Assembly: GCA_016192455.1 (NCBI GenBank)
Contig: JACPUC010000007.1
Coordinates: forward strand, 194,720 to 258,719
Length of the DNA stretch: 64,000 nt
Direction of reading: 5' to 3'
Source: Candidatus Tectimicrobiota bacterium
Lineage (GTDB): Bacteria > JACPUC01
Under the pieces are notes generated by a model, which saw only the letters and a list, made by a program, of their open reading frames with translations, did no database searches and had not been told where the DNA came from. Both the position numbers and the translations under genes were made by a program. This document shows positions 1 to 9,548 of the stretch, one piece after another (positions within the stretch are counted from its first letter, which is position 1; the number at the start of each line of letters is the position of its first letter).

Positions 1-243
1 GAAGTACACCGCCCAACCGGTCAAGGCGCCGCCCAGCATGCCCCACAGCGCTCCCGCCAGGTTCAGGTTCCGGTGCGGTTGCCCCGAAGAAAGCACCATG
101 TAGAGGACCACGCTGAAGTAGCCGACGTACCCCATCAGGAAGACCGACTTCGCGGTGATATGCTCCACCGCGAGCTTCCCGACGATTCCCCACAACCCCC
201 AGAAGAGGATCACCAGCAAGCTGTAGAGAAGCCAGGTTTCCAT
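1..243 (-). CDS. EamA/DMT-family small membrane transporter (5' part; runs off the window edge)
   Basis: Not in the ORF track. Manual translation from ATG at 243: METWLLYSLLVILFWGLWGIVGKLAVEHITAKSVFLMGYVGYFSVVLYMVLSSGQPHRNLNLAGALWGMLGGALTGWAVYF; EamA-like N-terminus, hydrophobic helices, AGGAGAGG RBS upstream. Confidence 0.8.
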   Translation of the reverse strand, partial: METWLLYSLLVILFWGLWGIVGKLAVEHITAKSVFLMGYVGYFSVVLYMVLSSGQPHRNLNLAGALWGMLGGALTGWAVYF

Positions 244-647
244 ATTCACCTCTCCTGCGTCCCGGCTTGCGTCTGCTCGAAGCACGCGAGTTCGCGCGCG
301 CGGCCTGCCCCAGCAATGGAGCTGGAACGATAGCGCGACCAAACCGTCGCCCCCCTCAAATCCACATCACGTCTCTCCCATCAGAGCTGCCCGCCGATGC
401 GCCAACGGCAGCGCTCCCAACCTTTTTCCGGACCTAGCGCGCAAAGAGACGGAGCCGAGAGGGCTTCTGGAGTGCCCAAGGCGAGTGGCCGCGGAATCGC
501 CGCCGGGCGCAGAAGCAGACAGGCCGACCCGTGGCCCGGATCGGCCTGCCCGCGCTGCGCTGGAGCTTTGTTCTCCTGCGTCGCCGTGCCGGCGCGGGAA
601 CGGCGTGGTGGAACTCTCATCCCCGCCCCAACGTGGCCGCCGCCTGT

Positions 648-3600
648 TTACTGCAGGGTGATCACCCGCGAAGCGACAGCGAGCTGGTTGGCGCGGACCA
701 GCGGGTCGGTGCCCGGCGGAGTGATGACGCTCACCACGTTGAACTGCCCCCGCACCGGCAGTGGCGCCGGCAAAGGGATGGCAATCACCGGAAGGGAGAC
801 ACCGGCGGGGTTGAGGAGCGTGCCGCCACCGCGATACACCGAGAGCACCCCGATCTCCCCGGCGACATTCACGTCGGTGAAGAGGGCGAAGAAGTTATCG
901 GGGAAGATGATGGCGGCATAGACGTCGACGACTCCCTCGCCGCTCACCTGCAGGTTCACCCGCAGAAAGTCACCGCCGGTGAAGCTGTTCGCATCGTTCG
1001 CGGTGGTGATGCTGACCTGCGCATTGCCGAGCACCTCTACCTCGGTCTGGGCGCTGTTACCGGCTGCATCGGTCACGGTGACAAAGTAGGAGCCGCGCAG
1101 GCTGGCGGCGGTGTGCTGGACCGTCGCCCCGGCTGTGGCGCTGAGGTTGCCGGCGTCGGCCTGCCACGAGTAAGGCGACACGCCGCCGGCGACGTTGAAA
1201 CGCACCGTCTCGCCGGCCGCCAGGGTGGCCCGCCGCGGCGTCGGCCGGGGGACCTCGCTGACGGTGACGACCGCCACCCCGGTGCTGCCCGCGGTATCGG
1301 TGACCACGAGGTTCGCCGTTCCGGTCACCGTCGGAGCTGTGTAGGTGATGCGCGCCCCGGTGGTGGGGCTTACGCTGCCGGCGGTTGCCGACCAGACAAA
1401 GGAGCCGGAGCCGCCGGCGGCAAAGAAGGAGGCGGTGTCGTTCGTCGCCACCACCGCCTGCGCGGGCGAGATGCGGATGCGCGAGTTCACGTTGATGTTG
1501 ATGATCGCCTGATTGCCGGCGTTATCCGCCACCCCGACGTTGAAGACGCCGGCCAGGGAGGGGGCGGTGTAGGTGATCGCCACATTCTCGGCGCTGGTGG
1601 TGGCGCTCAACTCGCCGCGCTCGGCGGTCCAAGTGTACGGCGGGGTGCCGCTGAGCGCGCGCAGCTCGCCGCTGCCGCCGAGATCAAGGCGCAGCACGGC
1701 GGGGCTCACCCGGATCGTGCCGCTGGCCACGCTCACCTGGCCGAAGGCGCTGTTGCCGGCGGAGTCGGTGACGATGACCGTCTGGTTGCTGATCTGGGCC
1801 GGGGCGGTGAACGTCGTCGTCTCGCCGGTGATGGGACTGACCTGGCCGGCGGAGGCGGTATAGAAGTAGGTCCCCGTGCCCCCACTGGCGGTGAACGTAG
1901 CAGTCGCCCGCGGCTGCACGTTCGCGGTCTGCGGCGTGAGCGCCAGCGGTTGCGTGACGTTGATCGCCGCCATCACCTCGCTGCCGCTCGAATCCCGCAA
2001 CCGCACGCTGTCGCGCCCAGCCACCCCGGCCGCCGTGTAGGTCGTCTCCGTTCCGGAGGTCGGCTCAACGGTTCCGGTTCCCGCCGACCAGGTGTAGGGC
2101 GGTGAACCACCGATCGCCGTGAAGGTCGCCGTGCCCGCAAATGGCAGCGTGGCCGATGCCGGCGTCAACACCAGGGGACGGGACACCTCGACCTTCGCGG
2201 TCACGATTCCGCCCGCGGTGTCGGAGAGGATCACGAAGTGCGTGCCGGCGACCCCCGGGGCGGTCAGGACGGTGCTGGGACCGGTGAGACTGCTGAGATC
2301 GCCGGAGGTGACCTCCCAGCGGTAGGTACCGGTGCCTCCCGCCGCTTGGAAGGTCTGCATCCCACCGGCGGTGAGCCGGGCGCTCTGCGGCGTCAGGCTG
2401 AGCGGGGTCAGCACCGGCGGCTGCTCGGGCAAACGGGGGAAGAGGACGAAGTCCACCGTGCGGGTCTGCCCCGCTTCGGCCTGCACGCCGTCACGGCGCA
2501 CCTCCACGAACGGGATGAGCCCCGGCTTCGGCACGCCGCTCGGGGCGCTGGCCTCGGCGCTGAATGTCCCCGGCACCACGAAGCGCGAGCTCACCACCAG
2601 CCGGTAAGTCCCCGGCTCGGTCTCGAAGGCGTACGTGCCGCTGCCGAACGTAGTTGCGGCATCGATCCGGGCGCCCTGGAGGTTCTCCAGCGTCACCTCC
2701 GCCCCGGGCAGCGGCGCGCCGCCGGCGGTTACGCGCCCGACGATGCGCGCCGGCGCCTGGAAGAGGTTCAGGTGCGGCCAGCTCGCGGTCTGCCCCCGCG
2801 CGTCGGTCACGTCGATGCGCATCGCTTCGGGAAAGAACTCCCCCGCCGACGCCGGCAGCGACAAGCCCGGCAAGCCCGTGAGCTGCGCCGTAAAGACGCC
2901 GTCGCCATCCTCATCCGTCAGCGTGGCGAATGGGCCCGGGGCCGCCGTAGCGGTCACCTGCAGGGGTGGCGTGCCGCCGCGCACCGTGGCCTGCAGGGTG
3001 ATCGCGCCTCCCGTGAGCGAGAAGGTGAACGGCGACAGCCCCCACCCCGCCCGCAGGATGATGGGTCGCTCGCTCTCGATGGTCGGCGCCGGCAACTGCA
3101 CGACCATCGGCGCCGGCGGTTGACGCTCCAGGAGGTTCAACGAGGGCCAGGTGGAACGGTTTCCAACGCGGTCCGTGACCACGATCTTGAACCCCGGCAG
3201 GGGGTTCTCCCCCGCTTGCAGCGTTGTCGGCAAGGTGCTGAGCTGGGCGTCGAAGATGCCGTCTCCGTCACCGTCCCGAAGCTGGGCGAACGCCCGCTCG
3301 ACCGTCAGGCCAAACGGCGTCGGGACGAGGGTGAAGGCTTCCACCAGGAGCGGCGGTTCGCCCCCGATGATGCTCGCCTGCAGCGTCAAGCGTCCCCCTT
3401 CGTTGAGGTCGAAGTCCTTGGGCGAGGTGCCCCAACCCGCCTCCAGGATGACCGGCAGGTTCGGGAACGAGCGCGTCAGACTGAAATCGACCGTCGTGGT
3501 CGCTCCCTCCATCACCGCCACCTGGGTCTGCATGGCGGCCTGAAAGTTTCCCGCCGTCACGCTCACCGTGTAGCTGCCTACCGGCACGCGCTCGATGGTG

Positions 3601-5252
3601 TAGGAGCCTGCCGCGCTGGTGGTGGCGCTGAAGCCCGCCACGTCCAGGCTGACCGCCGCCCCCTGCACCGCCGTGGCGTCATCGCTCGCCACCACCCGGC
3701 CGCTGATGGTTCCCGTGGCCCGATCGAGGGTCAGGTTCGCCTGCGCGGTTTGCTGGCTCGCCACCGTGATGTCGGCGAGCCTGGCGGTGACAAAACCCTC
3801 GGCGCTCGCCTGCACCGTGTAGGTCGCCGCCGGCACATTGCTCAGGGTGAAGGTCCCATCGGCGGCGGTCGTTGCCGACTGGGTTGCGGGATCGGTTGTT
3901 ACCGTCGCGTTGGCAATGGGATCGCCGGTGGCGCGGTTTCGGACCGTGCCGCTGATGATCCCGGCCAAAGCCGAGAGCGTGATATTGGCGGTCGCCGGTT
4001 CGCCGGCGACGACCCGCACCCCGGTGACCTGGCCGAGACCAAACCCCGCCGCCTGCGCCCGCACCGTGAAGGTGCCTGGGCTGAGCCCCGTCAGGCTGAA
4101 GGTGCCATCCGTGCCGGAGGTGGCCTGGATGCTTGCCGGCACGGTGGTGATGGTCGCCCCGGCGACCGGCCGGCCGGCGCTCGTGGTGATCGTGCCCCTG
4201 ATCGTCCCTCCGGCGCTGACGGTAAAGGAGCCAGCCGTCACCGGGGGAACGAACGACGTCGGTTGGCGGTTGGTATCACCACCTGGGAAAATCTCGAACC
4301 TTGCGATCGACATGGTCACGGGCGTTTGTGCCGCAAGGGCCGTCGCATTGACATTGAAGGTAAGCGTTGCGAGCACGCCGCCGGCCGCGACCCGGGCGCC
4401 GGTGGCCGTGGCGCAGTTCACGAAAATCCGCCCGGCAAGCTCGAGGTTCGACACGCCGCCGCAGCCTTGGGGTCGCGTGGCGTCCGTGGCGGTTAAGGCC
4501 GTGGCGTCGTACGTCACCGTGAGTTCAAAGCTGGCGATGGTGAGGGTTTCGTTCTCCAGCGTCACGGGCACGGTCACCCGGCTTTGCCCCGGCACGCCGG
4601 ACCCGGTGCCGACGCTGATGCGGGCGGTGCTCACGTTCACCGTCGCGGCGGCGGATTGCTGGGCGCTGTTGGTGGCGGTGATCGTGACCGTCTGCGCGGT
4701 CGTGGGAGCCGTATAGGTGGTGAGACCGTCGCTGGAAGCCGTTGGGGAGAACGAGCCAACCCCCGCCGGGGTGGTGCTGAAGATGTACGGCGGGCTGGGG
4801 AGGCGCGCCTGGAACTGCTGCGTGCCGCCGGGGGCGATGGTGACGTTGGTGGGCGAGATGCCGGCGGTGATCGTGAGTTCCACGGTCGTGCTGGAGAGCG
4901 TTACGAACGTTGACGTTGGATCATCGAATCGCTTATCTGCAATGAGCAGCCTCACGACGGGGTTTGTCGGTACTTGCGAACCGGCGGTGTAAGTCACCTG
5001 CGTGACGCCCGATCCGCCGGTACATGTGCCGCCGCTGATGCCAGGGCCGGTAAATTGAGGAGTGCATTCGAGAAATTCACCGGCAGTGTTGGCGATGGGA
5101 ATATCGATCGTTTCGAAGACCGTGAGCGTTGTCTTCGGCGGGGTTGCCGTAATCTGCGCCGCGGCAGGTCCGGCCAGCAGTCCCAGCGAGAGAATCAGGA
5201 TACTCACGAGCATCGCACGACGCAGGATGCTGCGTCCCGTTCTGTGCCTCAT
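648..5252 (-). CDS. Large secreted multidomain surface protein (~1534 aa): signal peptide, Ig-like domains, cohesin-like domain, 4 carboxypeptidase-regulatory-like domains, 2 AGWG/DxDGDG repeats, 6 Ig-like repeats, C-terminal domain
   Basis: ORF 648..5339; start moved to ATG 5252 (MRHRTGRSILRRAMLVSILILSLGLLAGPAAAQ, signal peptide with AxA site, purine-rich RBS). Cohesin-like VTVPVTLEN..IASFELTVTYDATAL; repeated G(T/I)IxGxV..PxxGAxV motifs; T/S/A/G-rich beta repeats. Confidence 0.8.
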   Translation of the reverse strand: MRHRTGRSILRRAMLVSILILSLGLLAGPAAAQITATPPKTTLTVFETIDIPIANTAGEFLECTPQFTGPGISGGTCTGGSGVTQVTYTAGSQVPTNPVVRLLIADKRFDDPTSTFVTLSSTTVELTITAGISPTNVTIAPGGTQQFQARLPSPPYIFSTTPAGVGSFSPTASSDGLTTYTAPTTAQTVTITATNSAQQSAAATVNVSTARISVGTGSGVPGQSRVTVPVTLENETLTIASFELTVTYDATALTATDATRPQGCGGVSNLELAGRIFVNCATATGARVAAGGVLATLTFNVNATALAAQTPVTMSIARFEIFPGGDTNRQPTSFVPPVTAGSFTVSAGGTIRGTITTSAGRPVAGATITTVPASIQATSGTDGTFSLTGLSPGTFTVRAQAAGFGLGQVTGVRVVAGEPATANITLSALAGIISGTVRNRATGDPIANATVTTDPATQSATTAADGTFTLSNVPAATYTVQASAEGFVTARLADITVASQQTAQANLTLDRATGTISGRVVASDDATAVQGAAVSLDVAGFSATTSAAGSYTIERVPVGSYTVSVTAGNFQAAMQTQVAVMEGATTTVDFSLTRSFPNLPVILEAGWGTSPKDFDLNEGGRLTLQASIIGGEPPLLVEAFTLVPTPFGLTVERAFAQLRDGDGDGIFDAQLSTLPTTLQAGENPLPGFKIVVTDRVGNRSTWPSLNLLERQPPAPMVVQLPAPTIESERPIILRAGWGLSPFTFSLTGGAITLQATVRGGTPPLQVTATAAPGPFATLTDEDGDGVFTAQLTGLPGLSLPASAGEFFPEAMRIDVTDARGQTASWPHLNLFQAPARIVGRVTAGGAPLPGAEVTLENLQGARIDAATTFGSGTYAFETEPGTYRLVVSSRFVVPGTFSAEASAPSGVPKPGLIPFVEVRRDGVQAEAGQTRTVDFVLFPRLPEQPPVLTPLSLTPQSARLTAGGMQTFQAAGGTGTYRWEVTSGDLSSLTGPSTVLTAPGVAGTHFVILSDTAGGIVTAKVEVSRPLVLTPASATLPFAGTATFTAIGGSPPYTWSAGTGTVEPTSGTETTYTAAGVAGRDSVRLRDSSGSEVMAAINVTQPLALTPQTANVQPRATATFTASGGTGTYFYTASAGQVSPITGETTTFTAPAQISNQTVIVTDSAGNSAFGQVSVASGTIRVSPAVLRLDLGGSGELRALSGTPPYTWTAERGELSATTSAENVAITYTAPSLAGVFNVGVADNAGNQAIININVNSRIRISPAQAVVATNDTASFFAAGGSGSFVWSATAGSVSPTTGARITYTAPTVTGTANLVVTDTAGSTGVAVVTVSEVPRPTPRRATLAAGETVRFNVAGGVSPYSWQADAGNLSATAGATVQHTAASLRGSYFVTVTDAAGNSAQTEVEVLGNAQVSITTANDANSFTGGDFLRVNLQVSGEGVVDVYAAIIFPDNFFALFTDVNVAGEIGVLSVYRGGGTLLNPAGVSLPVIAIPLPAPLPVRGQFNVVSVITPPGTDPLVRANQLAVASRVITLQ

Positions 5253-5402
5253 ATCGTTCTTCCCTCGCAACACGGAGAGTCGTAGGCCAGGGTGATGGAC
5301 TGTTCCGTGATGGCCTCGACTTTGAGGTGAGGTGATCATGGCCTCAAACCCAGCGGCTTCACCGGCGGCGCCAGGCCGCCGCGGGCCGCAGCCTGTGGCC
5401 CT

Positions 5403-7622
5403 CTAGCGGACGCTCACGGTCCGAGCCCGTAAGGCCAAGTGGTTGATAAACACGAGGGGGTCGGTCCCCGGCGTATTCAATACCGCCACGAAGGTGTACG
5501 CCCCGGCGGGCAGCGCCGGCAGCGGCACCGTCAGGAGGTTCATCGTCTCATCGCTGATCGTGGCGTCGCGCGCGTAAGGCTCGATGGTGTTGAGCGGGCC
5601 AATGAGGTTCGTGCCGGTGATGGGAAGGAAGATGCCGTTCGGCAAGACCATGATGAGAAACTTATCCGCTCTGCCGCGACCGGTCGTCACCACATCCACC
5701 TGCAGCGTCTCCCCTTCCCGGAAGCTCTCCTGGTTCGTCTGCACCTCCACGCTCGCGGAGACCACCTGGACCGTCGCCTGCGCCTGGCTGCCGGCGCGAT
5801 CGGTGATCAAAATGTTGTAGGCGCCGACGAAGCTCGTGGCGCTGTGCTCGTTCGCCACCCCCTCGTCGGTGGTGGTGGCCGCAAGCTCGCCGGCATCCGC
5901 CTGCCAGATGTACGGCGGGCGACCGCCGAACACGGTGAACTCCACCGACTCACCCGCCCCCACCACCGCCGTCGCGGGGGTGAGGCGAGGACGCTGCGCT
6001 ACCTCTATGGTGGCGGTGGCGCTGTTGCCGGCGGTATCCGTGACGATGACATTAGCGGTGCCCGCCACGTTCGGCGCGGTATACATGACGGTTGGCCCGC
6101 TCGTGGGCGCCACCTGGCCGTTGCTCGCTGACCAGATGTACGAGCCGCTGCCGCCGGTCGCCGTGAACTCCTGCGTCCCCTCGAGGGCAACCGACGCCGT
6201 CCCAGGCGTCACCTGCACGTCGAGGTTCACGTTGACGTTGACCACGGCCTCGTTCTCCGAGCTGTCAGAGACCGTGATCGTGAAGATGCCGGCGGTGTCG
6301 GGAGCGGTGAAGGTGGTGCGCTCATTCTCCGTGGTCTGGTTGAGACTCAACGAACCCTGCTGGGCGGACCAAATGTAGGGGGGGGTGCCGCGGAAAGCGA
6401 AGAAGCTCTGGGTAGCGTTGAAGTCGAGGTTGGCGGTGGCGGGGGTCACCCGGATGGCGCCGCGCGCCACGTTGATGGCTGCCGTGATCGAGTTCCCGGC
6501 GCTGTCGGTCACGACCAGCGTCTGGTTGCTGACGAGGCTTGGGGCCGTATACGTGACGGTGGCGCTGCCGGAGGTGGGCGACACGTCTCCCGCCGAGGCG
6601 GTGAAGGAGTACTCACCCGTGCCGCCGCTGACGACGAACTCGGTGCTCGCTCCGAGATCGAGGGTGGCGGAGGTGGGGGAGATCGCCAGCGGCTGGATTA
6701 CCTGCACGGTCGCCTGCGCTTGGTTGCCGGCGGCATCGCTCAGGGTCACGCCCACCTCGCCCGAGGTTGCCGGCGGCGTGAAGGCGCTCGACTCCCCTGA
6801 GGTGTCGCTCAGGGTTCCCGCGTCAGCCTGCCAGGCGTAAGGTTGAACGCCACCGAGGCCGCGGAAGCGCTGCGACCCTCCGAACGGCAGGGTGGCCGTG
6901 GCGGGGGTAACGGCGAGAGGGTTCGAGACCAGGACGGAAGCGGTGCGCACGTTGCCGGCGGTGTCGCTGAGGATGACGAGGTGATTCCCCGCCACGTTCG
7001 GCGCGGTGTACACCATGAGCGGCCCGATGGTCGAGCTCTGCGAGCCGGTCGTCACTTCCCAGAAGTAGGAGCCGGTTCCCCCCGAGGCGTTGAACGCCTG
7101 GGTGCCGCCGGTCGGCAGAATGGCGCGCCGCGGCAGGATGGCGAGCGGCACCGGCGGGGGCACATCGCCGCCGGCCAGAATCGGCGTCAGGGCCACTTCC
7201 AGGAGCGTCGTTTCGCCCTCCACCACCTCCACCCCCACGAACTCCGCGGAGAGGAAGAAGGCGATGCCCTCCTCGGCAACGCTCTCCCTTTGTGATGCCG
7301 TCACTCGGTAGCTCCCGGCAGCGAGCTCGAGCTCGAAGGCCCCGTCAGCACCGGTAATGACGGTGATTCCGCTGGGCTCGACGGCAACAGTCACCCCCCC
7401 AATCCCCACCAGGGTGAGGGAGTTCACCACCGTCCCAACGAGGAGTGTGCGCCCCCCGCCGGCGGGCGGAGTCTCCTCCTGGGCCAGGGCCGCCGCCGTG
7501 AGCGACAGGGACGAATCCGGCGCAGCCGCCCGAAACAGCCCAGGCAGGAGCGCCGGCGCCACCAGCAGGGCCGCCAGGAGCACTGCCCCAGCAAAGGCAG
7601 ACGGCGAAGTACGATGAGGCAT
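5403..7622 (-). CDS. Secreted surface protein (~739 aa), paralog of the C-terminal half of 648..5252: one carboxypeptidase-regulatory-like domain, 6 Ig-like repeats, shared C-terminal domain
   Basis: ORF 5403..7691; likely start ATG 7622 (GGAGAG RBS, hydrophobic N-terminus). Repeats align one-to-one with those of the downstream gene. Confidence 0.8.
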   Translation of the reverse strand: MPHRTSPSAFAGAVLLAALLVAPALLPGLFRAAAPDSSLSLTAAALAQEETPPAGGGRTLLVGTVVNSLTLVGIGGVTVAVEPSGITVITGADGAFELELAAGSYRVTASQRESVAEEGIAFFLSAEFVGVEVVEGETTLLEVALTPILAGGDVPPPVPLAILPRRAILPTGGTQAFNASGGTGSYFWEVTTGSQSSTIGPLMVYTAPNVAGNHLVILSDTAGNVRTASVLVSNPLAVTPATATLPFGGSQRFRGLGGVQPYAWQADAGTLSDTSGESSAFTPPATSGEVGVTLSDAAGNQAQATVQVIQPLAISPTSATLDLGASTEFVVSGGTGEYSFTASAGDVSPTSGSATVTYTAPSLVSNQTLVVTDSAGNSITAAINVARGAIRVTPATANLDFNATQSFFAFRGTPPYIWSAQQGSLSLNQTTENERTTFTAPDTAGIFTITVSDSSENEAVVNVNVNLDVQVTPGTASVALEGTQEFTATGGSGSYIWSASNGQVAPTSGPTVMYTAPNVAGTANVIVTDTAGNSATATIEVAQRPRLTPATAVVGAGESVEFTVFGGRPPYIWQADAGELAATTTDEGVANEHSATSFVGAYNILITDRAGSQAQATVQVVSASVEVQTNQESFREGETLQVDVVTTGRGRADKFLIMVLPNGIFLPITGTNLIGPLNTIEPYARDATISDETMNLLTVPLPALPAGAYTFVAVLNTPGTDPLVFINHLALRARTVSVR

Positions 7623-7762
7623 CACAGTTACTCTCCCCAAAAGGAGCATGACCGCCGCCCGAGGGCTTCCTCCTGCGGGATTGCTCTGCACGTGGCTCTT
7701 CCGACCACGAGCACAACCGCCGCATAGCGAACAGGGGACGGTGCGAAGGGTGCGTTCACCCT

Positions 7763-7778
7763 AGCAAAAGACCATCCA
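7763..7778 (-). promoter_or_regulatory. Candidate sigma54 (-24/-12) promoter for the surface-protein pair
   Basis: Minus strand TGGATGGTCTTTTGCT (GG-N10-GC) in an AT-richer patch ~140 bp upstream of ATG 7622; imperfect -24 box. Confidence 0.4.
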
Positions 7779-8043
7779 CGTAGCAACCATATTTACCATT
7801 TTTCATGTCCGAAGTCCGAAAGGGGCGTCCGGTTGCAGCGCCGCATGGCGTTGAGAGGAGAACGGAACAGGCGCGCCTGAGCAGGCCGCGCGCCCTGCTC
7901 ATTCTCATAGGTTTCCCCTCGCTCGGGTCCCCCCTGCCGGCAACCCTGCCTCCCTGTGCGGAGCAGACAGACAGGCACCCCCCCCGGTCATAGCGCCGTT
8001 CCAGGTGCGCGAGGTCGGCGCAGCGCCGCTTCTCCTGAGTCGT

Positions 8044-9136
8044 TCACTCCGGCACGATGACAGCCTTGATGGGATACGTCCCTTCCAGCTTGCCGGCGAT
8101 GGCGAGGATGCACTCTTCGGTCTGCTCGAGTCGATAGCGGTGGGTCACCATCTCCTCGACCGGGTAGCGGCCCTTCTCGAGCAAGTTGCGGGTGGCGAGA
8201 ACCGCCTCCGTCGGCTTGCTCATCGCCCCCACCATGGTCATCTCTTTGAGCACGAACTCGTCCATCGGAAACGGGGTGAGGGTTTGCCGTCCGGTAAGTC
8301 CCGCGCTCACCATCACGCCTTGGGGCTTCGTCAGGCGCATGGAGGTGACGAGCGCCGCGGGGCTGCCGGTGACATCGAGCACCACGTCCGGGAGCTCCCC
8401 CTCCCGTCGTCTCGAGTAGACGTTGCGTCAGGTCCTCGTCTTCCACGTTGATCACCACGTCCGCTCCGAAGCGGCGGGCCAGCTCCAGGCGCCGGGCATC
8501 GCGCCGCAAGCCCGTGGCGATGATGGTCGTGGCGCCCGATTCCCTGGCGCCGACAATGCACGACAGCCCCTGCTGTCCGACGCCCTGCACGAGGACGGTA
8601 TCGCCGATCTTCACCCTGCCCAGCCAGCGGGCCCAGTAGACGCCGTTGGAGATCACCGCGGTGATCATGCAGCCGGCCTCGGGCGAAAGCTTCTCCGAAA
8701 CCGGGTGCACGAGCGATCCCGGCGCCAGGTACATATACTGCGCGAAGGCGCCCCAGAGGTGCGGCGGCTCGGCGCAGCCGTGGCGCACGCCATAGCCTTT
8801 GTTCTCTTTGCAGAAGCGGTAGTTGCCGGCGCGGCAGTTGGCGCACATCAGGCAGCCGACGGAGCCCTCCACGACAACGCGGTCTCCTTCCCTCACCCGC
8901 CAGCGCTTCGCGGCGTTGGCCCCAAGCCTGGCAATGCGTCCGAGAATCTCGTGCCCCATGATGATGGGCAGGGGCGCCATGGCGACGCGACCGTCGTAAA
9001 TTTTGTAGTCAGTGCCGCAGGCCCCGGCCATCTCGATCTTCAGCAGGCCCTCATCGGCGCCGATCTCCGGCAAGGGAAACTCCCTGAGGGCGATGTGATT
9101 GGGCTTTTCAACGACGGCTGCGAGGCAGGTCTCCAT
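8044..9136 (-). pseudogene. Zn-dependent medium-chain (threonine/sorbitol-DH-like) alcohol dehydrogenase split by a +1 frameshift (pseudogene or sequencing error)
   Basis: From ATG 9136: METCLAAVVEKP..CGTD..IMGHE..CLMCANC..FC..GVGQQG; C-terminus (DVVLDVTG..PIKAVIVPE) is in another frame (ORF 8044..8385). Removing one base of the C5 run at 8397-8401 gives a continuous 363-aa protein (..TTGGELPDVVLDVTG..). Confidence 0.85.
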
Positions 9137-9548
9137 GAGCGTTTCTCCCGTCATCAAGGGCGACGACAGCCCGCGCGCCAAGCGGGATGAGATGAAGGCC
9201 CCAGGCGCAGGCTGCGGCCCGAACAGCGACATCAGCACCGTGCGAAAGCCGCTGGCGCCGCGGCAACGTAAGCCGGTCCCATGCTCGTGTGCACATGGTA
9301 CGCTCGCTGACTCGCCTGCCGCAACTGGCCCCTGCGCCGGTCCTGAGGATGCGGTGGGCTTTCCAGGGCCGGCCGGCCGCTTCCAGGAGAACGCGCCTGA
9401 TCGCGTCACCGCTCCACCCTCCTTTGCGCCCGCCTGGAACTCGGTGCATTCCTGAGATACATTCATGTGGGCGGCCTTGCTTGATGCGGCGGGCCAGCTT
9501 GCGGTGCGGAACGGGGTGCGGGATTCCGCCAGGTTGGAAAGGGAGGTC

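Noticed and set aside
9137-9548. SAM/SAH riboswitch upstream of the methyltransferase fusion
   Set aside because: No recognisable SAM-I/II or SAH core motifs by eye; an Rfam scan would be needed.
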